A stretch of DNA of 63,180 bases, filler included, from Folioceros fuciformis (lineage: Eukaryota), in the NCBI GenBank assembly GCA_049999805.1. It is 3 parts of 3 records of this genome, joined end to end, with 100 filler letters (N's around TTAATTAATTAA, not from the genome) between each part and the next. Parts side by side here need not be neighbours in the genome. Positions count along the whole stretch, not along the records: positions 21,484 to 46,303 come from JBNGIO010006348.1; 2 more parts are not named here. One strand, 5' to 3'. The notes beneath the pieces are model-generated. The model was not told the DNA's origin. It saw nothing but the letters and a program-made list of their open reading frames with translations, and made no database searches. Of the stretch, positions 22,632 through 34,248 are shown piece after piece. The stretch's first letter is position 1, and each line of letters starts with the position of its first letter. Made by a program: the position numbers and the translations under genes.

Positions 22632-23087
22632 ATGTTCTATGGGGCATCTGTGTGGGATCCGTGGCTCATCGTCGCACAAATCTGCTGCATCCAGTGCCTC
22701 TACTACCTGAGCCTGGGGGCCATGCTGTGGCTGTTTGTGGGATCGCAGATTCCCAAGCTATCGCTCAGCTACTTCTTCGATGCCTCGCTCCTGTCTGTGG
22801 CCAGCATCACCGGCTGGGGCACCATGGCCGCCTTCTTCCTCAACTCCTTCGTCGGGGCTGGATTCCTCCTGCTGCTGGTGGAGCGCACCAAAAAGTGCCT
22901 TGACTTCACTGCCACTATGTACATCATCCACCTCTTCCTGTGCCTCATGTACGCCGGTTTCCCGACCTCCATCGCCTGGTGGCTACTCAACGGCTGCGGC
23001 CTGGCCATCATGGCTCTTCTTGGAGAGTGGCTCTGCATGCGGAGGGAGATGCGGGACATTCCTATCAGATCTCGTTCCAATGTGTGA
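22632..23087 (+). CDS. SYS1: SYS1 Golgi integral membrane protein (151 aa, intronless)
   Basis: MFYGASVWDPWLIVAQICCIQCLYY...VERTKKCLDFTATMYIIHL...LGEWLCMRREMRDIP is the plant SYS1 signature. Confidence 0.93.
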   Translation: MFYGASVWDPWLIVAQICCIQCLYYLSLGAMLWLFVGSQIPKLSLSYFFDASLLSVASITGWGTMAAFFLNSFVGAGFLLLLVERTKKCLDFTATMYIIHLFLCLMYAGFPTSIAWWLLNGCGLAIMALLGEWLCMRREMRDIPIRSRSNV

Positions 23088-23394
23088 GCTGCGCTGCGGT
23101 AGGTCGTGTCCTCACTTGCTGCAAGGGTTTTGGAGAGGTGAGGACTGACCTTTTCTCTTTCTCTTCTTGGCCAGTCGCAAGACTGCCGATTCCTTTGTAG
23201 ACTTCTGCCAACATTTAAACCGCATGGCGTCCCAAGGCTGGATCCCGTTGTTGTGATAACTTTTTTTCGGGGGGTGAGGGGCCGGCTGATTCGTGCACAT
23301 GATTCTGTTCGCTGTCAATCCTTACTTCGCTTATCACTACTCCGGAGCTTAGAGTTCTCGATGAATATAGCAAAACTGCAGCTCTGCAGCATAT

Positions 23395-25054
23395 CTACAT
23401 AACCTCGCCAGGGGGAAGCTCTGCCAGTTTGGCTGGCTGTCCTAACATTTTCTCCATGTCATATCGAACTTCGATGTTCCTGATGCTGTAACCGACCACC
23501 ATGAGCCAATACAGGAGCTTGGCCAGCTCTGCTGCGGATGTTTCCGTCGCCGCCCTCTGGCAGAGGCGCAGCAGGTTAGTTCTGTGCAGGGAAGGGATAT
23601 AAAACGCTTAACCCCTCGAGGTCTGAATACCCACCTTCAGTTGCATCGGATCGGAGATGCCCAGCAAACGCTGGATGAAGGTATTCATGGCTTCCAAAGC
23701 ATCTTCTCCAGCGCTGCTCGTCAGTTGCTGTCATGAGACCATAGCCACGAACGTCAGAACTACAGAGTGGGACACCGCAAATATTCTTCTGACAGCGGAC
23801 AAAAGTGCGTGTATGCGACGACACCTGCAAATTCTGTGGCTCAAGGCTTTTCAGATACTCGAGCAACGGGTTCCTGCCGTGCGACGCCCGTCGTTGCTGT
23901 TCAAGCTCCCTTTTCAGCTCCTGCACTTCACTCTCGAGCAATTCGATGTACTCAACAGCGTCCATCTCGATTGGCCCATCCACCTTGTGCCACCTCAGAA
24001 CCTCGCCACTGACTTTCTTCTTCTGAACTCCAGGTTCGAACTGCACAGTTGGAGCAGCCACAGTTGAGGATCTCGAACCCAACCAAGGGCACGTCTGTTT
24101 CGCTCAGCATGCTCCCACCGAAACGAACCTCCTTACCTCCTGCTTATCAGGACCAGGTAGGGCAACCTGAGCCAGACTCTGCTGCAACTCTAACCGGTAC
24201 TGAGCGTTTCGGAACATGTAGCCAGTCATAAGCACGCTATACATGAGCTGTGCCAGATTCTCTGCAACCTGCCCTCCTCCAGCATCACCGCCCATCACAA
24301 ATAAGATCCTGAATCTGTGGAATCTCAACCATGAGCCAAGGACAAGCGGAAAAGCCTATCTCCACCCACCGTGGATACCGTCATGTCAAAGAATTGTGGA
24401 GGAAGTGTCCCAAGCATATTGGTCACTGTCTGCCGCATTCCCTCTACAACCTGCACCACAGCAACAATGCTGAACAAAAAATCAGGGCAACGGAAAAGGG
24501 GCCAAATCCAGCTCCCACCACACGACACCAAAGGAGCCAAGCAGGCCGAACCTGGTCAGGGGCTCCGTTCACAAACCGCTCCATGAACTCGGGTTGCACA
24601 TTCTTCACATACTCCAGCAACATATCCCGGCGGCTCTTGAACTGCCCAGTCCAATGCCAGCATCAACATGACAGCAGCCCACTTGAATCCACATCCTCCA
24701 ATTCAATGCGATCACAGCAGCAGCAGGAGGAATGAAGGAAGGAAGGAAAGAACAAGAGTGGCAAACCATTGGTGTACTGGGCACCGCACCGTCAGCGGAG
24801 GCGCCATTCGGAGAGGGTTGATCGGAAGCAGAGGCAGCGCAGCACCAGGAGGCCCTCCTAGGGCGGGCCACCCCAATCCCAATCCCATCCCTGCACGGCG
24901 CAGCAGCCCAGAGGTGATGCCTCGCTGCCCTGGCGCAGCAGCACGATCTGGCGGCGTACGAGGTCGATGCATGGCTCTGCCCTCGCTTCGATGGCAGAGC
25001 GGAAGCAGTGCCCAACATCATGAGCCGCACCTGGCTGCCGCCCAACACCTCCAT
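23395..25054 (-). CDS. DUF760 family protein, probably plastid-targeted, 7 exons
   Basis: Exons 25054-24767, 24641-24552, 24450-24370, 24268-24137, 24040-23825, 23727-23635 and 23556-23395, all with GT-AG introns. Motifs LLEYVKNVQPEFM, MRQTVTNMLGTLPPQFF, YSVLMTGYMFRNAQYRLEL, LLEYLKSLEP, LMVVGYSIRNIEVR. The start codon is tentative. Confidence 0.9.
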
Positions 25055-25921
25055 GCCGGCCCACGGCTCTGCCGATGCCTGCTCCCCGCCCTGCTCTTGG
25101 ATTTAGCACGGACTTGTCACCAGGAACCCGGGGCATGCCATGAATCGCTTTACACCAGCTTGTGGGTTTTTTTGTGAAGAAAATTTGAGCCCTAGTGCCA
25201 GAAAGAAGTGAGCTGATTGTGGCGCTTTCCAAGCTGTGCATTCAGCCGGGCATCACAAGCTCAGTGCCTACCTCAATTATTTTCCAGATTCTGCATCCTC
25301 AGCTGGCCCCGCATGTCTGTCTCTCTATTTCCATTGCTGCAGCAACCAAAGTCAGTGCCGTCCGTCCCCAACCCATCGAAGCTCGCGCCTTGAGTTAGTC
25401 ATGGCGTCAAATCACGTCCATCCCAAGTCTCCTACTGGCAGAAGAAAAGGATATTATTAAGCCTCAATAAGGACGGATTTCCCACAAAAGAAAAACACGT
25501 GGCACAAATTCCATAACCCTAGGTAGACTTTCTGTTATAGACAAGAAAATGTCCATCCTAGTAAACACGAATTAAGAAGTTCTTTTTCTTTATATTTTAA
25601 TTAGAAATTAAAATTAAAAAATGAAGATATATATACATATGATTTTCTAACTTTAATGAAATTTTGGATCATATCTTCTTCCTCTCGTCAATAGAGTCGA
25701 TATATTTAGTATCTTATGGTTTTGGTAGTTTGTGTATAGTAGTTTTAGGTTATAGTTAATTTTAGAAAACTATCTAAAAGGGACAATTGAGGTCTATATA
25801 TAGAGCAAGTTAAACTACATACTCTTATCATTCATTTCTTAAACATTCTGAACATCCTTGTTATCATTCACGATCAAACCTCGTTCGTTGCATTTGCTAA
25901 GTATTTATAGTGGGCAACAAG

Positions 25922-26878
25922 ATGACGAGACTATTTAGGATTTCGAGACAATCTAGAATTTCAAGACAATCTAGGATCTCAAGACAATCTAGGGCTAACA
26001 ATTCTAGTCTCCAAGCCCAAAATCATGGTGAAGAAGTTATCCAACAACTTCAGCAAGACATCTCATATTACGAGGCTGAATCTAGTCGAAGAAACAGCGA
26101 TGAAACAACCACACATGAGGAACAACAATTGAGTCAAACAAGCTCGCAAATACCTGAAGCTGCACATTCATCAAATCCAAACCAAGACATGGACGTGACA
26201 GGAAGCCAAATACTCGGTGACGCAGAGGCAGGAAGCCAAATACTCGGTGATGCAGAGGCAAGAAGCCAAATGCTCGGTGACGCAGAGGCACAAAGCCAAA
26301 TACTCGGTGAAGCAAAGGCACAAGGAGAAGCAGAAATGATACATGTTGAATACAAATATGGATTATGCATGTCATTTGCAATTCATCTCACATCTGAACA
26401 AGGGCAAAGTGTGAATATAAGTAAAACAAAGATAGATGAAACGAAGTATGAATCAATCTTCCAAAACACACTAAAATCACAAGATATTCATATAGCATTT
26501 TGGATTACGCCACCAACACCAAATCTTAGGCCTATAGTTGTGATATGTTTACCGAGAAATGTACGGTTAATCCGAAGTAATATTGGTGATGAGAGGTTCC
26601 TTATGATTTCTAAACGCCATGTACTTATTTCTTCTTCAAATGATGTTTGCTCTATATGTTTGGAACACCCTTCTTTGAAGCATATTAAATATCTTTGTCC
26701 TTGTTGTAAGAATTATTTTCACATAGAATGTCTCTTGAAGTGGTTATATTATAATACTTCATGCCCACTTTGTAGAAACACTATTATTCATCGTTTAGGT
26801 GTAAAAAAACAAGGTCCAACCCTAAATCAAGATCAAGGGGGACCAACCCTCCGCAGACAAAGATCCTCACCTAATTGA
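25922..26878 (+). CDS. RING-H2-like zinc-finger protein (putative E3 ligase), intronless, with N-terminal repeats
   Basis: CSICLE...CKNYFHIECLLKWLYYNTSCPLCR; RISRQS x3 and SQILGDAEA x4; TATA-like CTATATATAG near 25794. Confidence 0.7.
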   Translation: MTRLFRISRQSRISRQSRISRQSRANNSSLQAQNHGEEVIQQLQQDISYYEAESSRRNSDETTTHEEQQLSQTSSQIPEAAHSSNPNQDMDVTGSQILGDAEAGSQILGDAEARSQMLGDAEAQSQILGEAKAQGEAEMIHVEYKYGLCMSFAIHLTSEQGQSVNISKTKIDETKYESIFQNTLKSQDIHIAFWITPPTPNLRPIVVICLPRNVRLIRSNIGDERFLMISKRHVLISSSNDVCSICLEHPSLKHIKYLCPCCKNYFHIECLLKWLYYNTSCPLCRNTIIHRLGVKKQGPTLNQDQGGPTLRRQRSSPN

Positions 26879-28399
26879 GCTCAGCCTAGGCCAAGGACCT
26901 GTAGGCAACCCTAAAGATATTTTAGGTCTTATTTTAGTTTTATTTATGTACAATAAACTATGAAAAATCTTAATTATGTTGATAATGTATTGCTCTTGTA
27001 CTTGATATCTAGTTTTAAAATAAAATAAAAATTCTAGTCCATTTCTTACTAGGTCGTTTGGTGGATCTCCTTCTTTATGCTATTTAGAACCCACCTTTCT
27101 TTGTGTATACATGATTTTCTTACATCTTGCTTTTATGCAAGTCTCTAATTATAGAAAATGTTCAAATCGTTAATTATCCTTGTTGTATTATATTTCCTTT
27201 TCTTCTCTGCCTCCATGGACTATACATATTTCTTTTTTTTTATGATAACATGTGGTAAGTGTAATTCGAAACAAAATATACACAGCTTTATCCGAACCAT
27301 GATTTGTACGTATGCTTAAAAATGTGAACTATGATGTCACTTAAAAATATGGACTACATATAACAATCAAATATATACCTCGTCCCATTGTGACCAACAA
27401 CATGCACCACACCTCTGTGAACAAGAGTCTAGTCTTTACCAAGCTATTATTGAATGAACACATAGCTACACCCTTCTGTCGGACCTCATCTTTGTTAGAA
27501 ATGGAAAATGGAGGAAAAGAGCGCAAAGAAAAAGAAAAAGGTAAAGTGATTATAGCTTGAGGGTAAGTCAAGTAGGAATGAGTGTGCCAAATAAGAGTGT
27601 TGAAAGAATCAAGTAGGATGTAGAGTAGGAACATTTGAGTGTTGAAAATAAGGTTTGTAGGCTAATCATAATTGCATTATTCCTACTTACAATATTGCTT
27701 AGTTGATCGAGCCTCTACGGATTTTTTTTCTCCTCTTGTTTAGGGTAGATAGGATTTTCAATCTCTTTTTAAATAAAATACTCTCTTTACTTAGTTGGTT
27801 AATCTTGAGTAGATTGTTTAAGCTTAGTTGATCAATAATGAGTAGATTGCTTTTATTCTCTAGTCTTATTGTGCTTATCCTATTTTAAATGGAATTCTCC
27901 CCCATTGTTTTTTCTCTCATACGAGTTATAGATAAACCTTTGAATCGATTGTCAAAGCATGATTGTAACTAAAAAATATCAAGCATGATTGTATGCTATA
28001 AAATGGTACATACAAATAGTAATGATTTAATAAATAGTTTCTTCTAATAAATATAGTTATTAGTAGACAATGTTTTATTTATTTAGATAATTATTATGAG
28101 AATATAATGTCAACACAAACATAGCTAGAAAAACTAGATACATGGACACATGGTTAGAGCAAGCCTTCAACCACATACATAGATTAACACATCAAAACCT
28201 AGCTTAGTGTTAGGTTTTTCGAGTTGTAAGCCTAGCAATGGCCGTTGGAACTATAAGCTTGTATTCTCTTTAAAATATAATTAAGGTGCATCTCTGCAAG
28301 ATAATGCTACTCAATACTTGTAGATTTGAGAACCCAACTTGTGTAAGAGTGTTTATGGAATGCTTTTGTCGAAGGGCAACCTCTATGCTCAAGGGGGTA

Positions 28400-29200
28400 G
28401 ACATAGGGTTACCTACAACGATAGTGGGCAAGTTTGACCACTATATGGTAAATCTTGAAGCCTTGGGATTTTTTTACCTTAGATCCTAACATCGTGGTCA
28501 ATTTTGTGTTAGCACCCATTATCTTCACATGGAGCCTAATGATGCCTTAATCTAGTCTCGTCTAGGGATGCTTATGTTTGTAAGCTCTATTCGCTTGACA
28601 TTGAATTCGTATCTCACTTTCTCTTATTTTGGCATGTTTATCTCCCTATTCAAGATCATTACACTTTTCTTTACAAGTGTGCTAGTTTTGCACTCATCGT
28701 CCCTAGTCAGTGAGCAATTTGATCGAAAACAAGGCTTACAATCGCCTTGAGGATTATTTTCCAGCTTTAGGCTCAACTGGAGCTTCCATGCACCTACTTT
28801 AACATAGTCATATTGGGTGGCTAGTGTTGTTGGTTACTGGCCCTCGTTGGTTGCTTGCCCCTTACGTCATTCTTGGGAAAAAGGCTATAATGACTTGGCT
28901 TGAGAGCACTAGATCTAGAAATTTTGTTTTAAGTTTGGCATAATGATTAAGACTCCTATAATCTCATCACTTTACACACACGATCTTGGAGAACATGGCA
29001 AAACCTCCTCTTTGCACTTCTTCCTATTGTACTAATCAGGTTGCCCTAGCCCATCCTCCCTTCACCTCACCCCTGGCTAGGCATGAGCGTCTAGTTCTTT
29101 ACTATATGCTCCTTGTTGGAGTCAATGCTGTCATCGGCACTTGGTGGAAGGCCATCCTTATCCTCGTGAACATTGTTGTCCACAATTGATGGAGCTCAAG
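28400..29200 (+). mobile_element. Highly degenerate LINE (L1-type) RT fragment
   Basis: ENKAYNRLE near 28726 resembles DFEKAYDRLEW, and a frameshifted (Q)GCP-LA near 29035 resembles RQGCPLAP. No intact ORF. Confidence 0.4.
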
Positions 29201-29260
29201 GTTGGAGGCATGCTTATGTCTTTCAATTTCTCCTGAATAGCTTTAAAAGCTAACACTCAT

Positions 29261-29460
29261 AGGGTTTAGGGTTAATCTGTTAATGGCATACAAGGGTTTA
29301 GGGTTAATTTGTTAAGGGCATACAGGGGATTAGGGTTAATTTGTTAATGGCATACAAGTGTTTCTGACGGTTTAGGGTTAATTTGTTAATAGCATACAAG
29401 TGAATCCGATGGTTTAGGGTTAATTTGTTAATGGCATACAAGGGTTTAGGGTTAATTTGT
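29261..29460 (+). repeat. Minisatellite built on plant telomere motif TTTAGGG
   Basis: Six GG(T/A)TTAGGGTTAAT..GTTAATGGCATACAAG units of 32-43 bp. Confidence 0.85.
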
Positions 29461-32400
29461 GTGGAGACCATATGGTAGATAGGTCTCTTAGAAAAATGGT
29501 AGTATTTGTTTTTTTTGAGTTTTGAGTGAATTCTTTGGAAAGATAATTAGGAAACTATGTTAGATAGGATTAGATTAGGTAGGCTGATCAGGCGATAGCA
29601 GTGGTGGAGATCAGAGAGTGAACAGTCGTTTAGCTAACCCGTGGCCGTGTAGAAGGCGAAGTAGTGGGTGGGGTGTTTGTGTCGGGCGTGTGAGGGTGAG
29701 TTGTGGCCTCGGGAGCGTGCGGAAGGGGGTTGGGCATAGGCGTGTGGGTGGCGTGCTTGACTTGCCATGGCCTTACCCAAGTGCGCCGGGGGCTGAGGAT
29801 CTGAAGGCAAGCAGCTTGTCTGGGTGGCAGGCTTGGCAAGCTAGCCTGGCCTCTAGGCGGGTGAATCCAACAGGCAGCCAGGCCGGGCAGGCTAGCTCCC
29901 TGACTAGATCCGAGAGGCAGGAGGCTCGTGTATGGCCTCGAAGTAGGCGGCCTCGCTGGCGCTGAAGGCTGGCTACCTACCAGACCCGGAAGGCAGGAGA
30001 CCGATTTGCGGCCTCTGGGGATGGAGGATCTAGGTGGCCTGGTAGCGGCAGTGGAGCGGGCAGTGGCTAACTGATCCTAGAGCCAGGCAGTCGGCGGCTG
30101 GCAATTAGGCCAGGCGGGCGGCTGCCAAGGTCGAAGGTAGGATACTCCAGGCTGTGGCAAACGGCGGCGGAGTCCAGGCAAGTAGCGGCCTGCTGGTCGG
30201 CTGGGCGACTGGCAGGCGGATCGGCCCAGAAAGCGGGCTGGTCGGATCAAAGCTGCAGGGAGCGGATGTAAGCAAGCGGCCACCATCGGATCCAGGCAAG
30301 CTCGCAAGTGGCCTGGCCGGATCCAAGCTGCAGCTGGCATGTCCAGCCGGCCAGGAGGCCGGGTGTAGAGCGAGAGAAGGCCGAGCAAGGAGGCGATCGC
30401 AGCCGTTAGGTAGGGCAGGCCGGTTGTAGGCGGCCGGGCAGTAGGCCGCCTGGTAGGCAACCGAGCAGCAGTGTCCTGGCGGGTCGGCTGGTCGTGGTGG
30501 GGCCGGAAGGGGGCTGGCTAGTAGGTGAGGCTCAAGCGGGGCGTGGCCGACCTGGCTGGCCGATCTGGGGCAAACTAGGCGGGCTGCAGGCATGCAGCCG
30601 GGTAGGCCAGACGGGTGGCTGCCCTGCCAAGGTCGAAGACAGGGCACCCCAGGCCCGATTGGCGGCCTACGATGGAGACCAGATTGGTGGGATTGCCAAG
30701 CGACGGATTAGGGTTGGTAGGTGAGGCTCTAGCCAGGCGGCCGCTGGCCGGCTGCAGGGACAGGGTAAGGTTGGATCCAACAGGTCGGCGGGCAAGGTGG
30801 ATCCGGGCAGGTGGCCTGGAGGGTGGTATGGCGGGCTGCATAGGCTTCCGGGGTGGATTCGGGCAGGAAGCCTGGCGGGTGGCTGGGCAACACAAGCGGC
30901 CGACTGCTAAGGAGCAGCCAAGCTTGTGGGCTGCCTTCAAGCTCAGGAATAGCTAGGCCTCGCAGGCGGCCTTGCAGGTAGCCGACCAGCAGGGGCTGGC
31001 TGGCCAGGGAGGCCCCAGTCGGAGGCAAGCCGCTTTGCCGGGTTGAGGCAGGCCGGAGCGGATCAGGCATGGCGTGCCTGCTGGAGGCCGGGTCGCTAGG
31101 GAGCTGCAAGCGGTCCAGCAGCATGGGTAGTGGCAAGCAGCTAGTTGGCGACCTAGCAGAGCAGGTAGATAGCCCAGAGGCTGGCGGATCCAGGCCAGGC
31201 GGGCCTCGGCATGATCCAGTTGCAAGCATGCTGGCGGTTGAGGTCTGGCAGGGGGGGTCTGCTGGCTGGAGGTGGAGGCTGAGGAGTCTAGCCAGCAGCC
31301 TAGCTCACCCCAGCTGCAAGCAAGCAGCAGGCGGCCCTGCGGGTTGGCTGCTTGGCCAGATCCGGGAGGCCAGGCCGGCTGGTAGGGGGCCTGCAGGATG
31401 GCCGGGCCAGCAGCAGCCCGGCTGTTGGGCAAGCACGGCCGGTCGGCTAGTTGAGGCTGGGCCAAACAGGGGTTGCAGCGGCTGCAGGTGGCTGGATCCG
31501 AGGAAGGCCTGCNNNNNNNNNNNNNNNNNNNNNNNNNNNNNNNNNNNNNNNNNNNNNNNNNNNNNNNNNNNNNNNNNNNNNNNNNNNNNNNNNNNNNNNN
31601 NNNNNNNNNNNNCAGCGGCTGAAGCGGTTGGCTAGCGGGCTCAGGTGGGGGAAATCCTAGCCAGTGGCTGGCCCAGCAGTAGCTCGTCAAGGAGCAAGCA
31701 GCCAGGCAAGGCTGCCAGATCCAGGAGGCGGACAGGATTAATCGGCAGGCCTGGCGGGTTGAGCTAGGCTTGGCCAGATCCTGGCCGTTAGGACACTTCG
31801 GGCATGATAGGCCGGGGCCGAATTCGGAAGCCAGGCGGTGGCCTGGCTGCAGGATCCCGAGCAGGGGTCGGCAGTGCGGGATGGCAGGATCCAGGCAGCC
31901 AGGGCAGGCTAGCCTGGATCGTGGTGGACAGGCGGCCTGGGCGAATCGGCTAGGAGGTTGTCGTGTGGCCAGCTGGCCGGATCCGGAAGGAGGGAGGCCA
32001 CCTTGCAGCCTCTAGTAGGCTGTCGAAAGCAGGTGGTAGGTGGCCGGCTTGTGGGCACATGGTAGGCTGGTTGCGGCTGGTTGAGTTGGGGCCGCTTGGG
32101 GTGGCCGACTGGCCAGGGGAACTGAAGGTGGACGAGGAGGCAAAGGTGGAAAAATGTGTGTGTTTCTCTAATTGGTAGGAGGCGAGGAGGATGGTGGTGG
32201 ATGATGTGATGTTTGCAAGGGCTGCATGATGCTGGGCCATGCTCAATGTGGTCCGCAAGGGAGACATTATCACCTTGCTGCCTGTGCACCCCTGTATCCC
32301 TTCCCGTCTAGCAGACTGGAGGGAAGGGTCTGAAGACGGTGGGTTTATGAAGGATTGCAGATGATCTAAGGGAAAGGAGAGGATCGGAGAGGGGAAGAGG

Positions 32401-34248
32401 GTGTCGAGAGGCACTCGTGAGTTTTGGTAGTTTGCAGAGGTTTGATTAATTTTGATAAGAGCAACTAGGGCCACAAGTTGGGGTGAGGTTAGGTTAGAGT
32501 CGGGTTAGGTCAGAGTTAGGGTTAGGATTAGGTCGGAGTTAGGTTTAGGGTTTTGACGAGTGGAGGGTTCTGTCTGAGGCGTGCTCACCTGGTAAGGCAG
32601 TGGTAGGGGTTCTTGGCCAAGGAGGTATAAGAGGCTAGGCCTGTCACTGAGGGGGGGGAGGTTTTTTGGTGAGAGCTCCCTTGACCTTGTGTGCAGGCTG
32701 CTGGGTTAGAGGGTTAATCCAGTGTGCAGATGCACCTCGGCCTTAATTCCCCATGCCACTAGGGGAACGTGACGGCTCCCAAAATTGCTGAGATCTGGGT
32801 GGCCAGATCCGCAAGGGCTGACCTTTCTTGCATGCTGGTTGGGTGGTTGGGGTACCTTGCCGTCCCTAAGGGGTTTCCAAGGCGACAGATTGCAAGGCTG
32901 TGAGTCGAGGAGGCTATCCAGCCCGGGTCTGCACATCCCTACCTCAAGGACTGCAAGTGAGGGGCTGTTGTGTTCTAAAATCCATGAGTGAAACGTGAGA
33001 GTGAAGGGCTAAATAAAGAGCTAAAGTGCTGGAGTAGAGATTTGAAGTGCTGGAGCTTGGAGTTGGCGTGCTGAGGTGAGGAGCGTAGGTGCTGAAGTTC
33101 ATAATCAGCTGCTAAGGTGGCTGGCATTTAGGGCTAAGAGTGGAGGCTGAGGCTGAGGCCAGCCAATAGAAGCTCTTGGTGATGCAAGCTTCAAGGTGAA
33201 GTTAACCAAGGTTATGGAGCAGAAAATGTATTCAAGAAAATGGTTCACATGCATCACCATGTGGGCTAGTGAGTGTGAAAACATTTTGGGCAACTCGAGC
33301 AAGAATATTACCATGAAGTTGGGCCAGACCAGAGAAAGCGTTTCTTGGTGTTAGGTTTTGGGTGTTTCGTGATTTTGGTTGTCACTTATGTATTGAGGTG
33401 ATAACCACTTCGGACCTTTTGGAACTTTGTATAGCTATGGAGGGAACCTTGTTTGTGAGTGAGTGTGTGTTACGAGGTGATGTGTTTGGAGGTTTTAATG
33501 TGATTTTATTATATTAAAATCTTTGCTTAAAGTAAGAACAGATATGAGAAGAGAATAGAGGATTTATGAGGAGAGAAGAGAGGATTTGGGAAGGAGAGAG
33601 TTTGTATTGTAAGATTTCGGGATGGAAGTATTGGGGGTTGCGCGGGAGGCGCATGGGGACATACAACGGACCAAGGTCGGCACGTGGCGTGGTGAGGATG
33701 GCTTCCTCTACGCACACGCTGGAGGTGGATCATGGCCGTCGGGGCAGATGGCCGGCGGGGAACTCCACCACGTCGGATAACCTGCCGGGCCCGGGAACCC
33801 GACAGAGCGAGCCTGCACCGGTAGAATAATGTTTGTTCAGGGAAAGGTGGGGCGTAACCAGGGGGGGACCCCTGGGGTGGGACACCTCCGGCAAGGGGTA
33901 AAGCGGTTGGGGGGTACCCGAGGCGGGCGCCACCCAGGGCAGAATATAACCAAGCTGGATTGACAGCAGCAGTCCGTGCACCAGACTGAGCTGATCCCCC
34001 GCTGCCGTGGCCTCCTCTCTTCCAATCCTCGGCTGCTGCGTCCTGCCAGGACGGAGCCAATCCGGCGACAATGCAGCTGGCTGATTAGTTGGGTTGTGAG
34101 GCGGAGGGGGCGTGGGCGGCTTTGTGGACGGAGGGGGGACTGCTCTGGGTTCGGACGCACGGAGTAGACTGTGCAGTTCGCCTGCATTGCGCTGCATCGC
34201 ATTGCAGGGGTGCAAGTCTGGTTGTAGCAGACCCAAGTCCAGCAGAGG

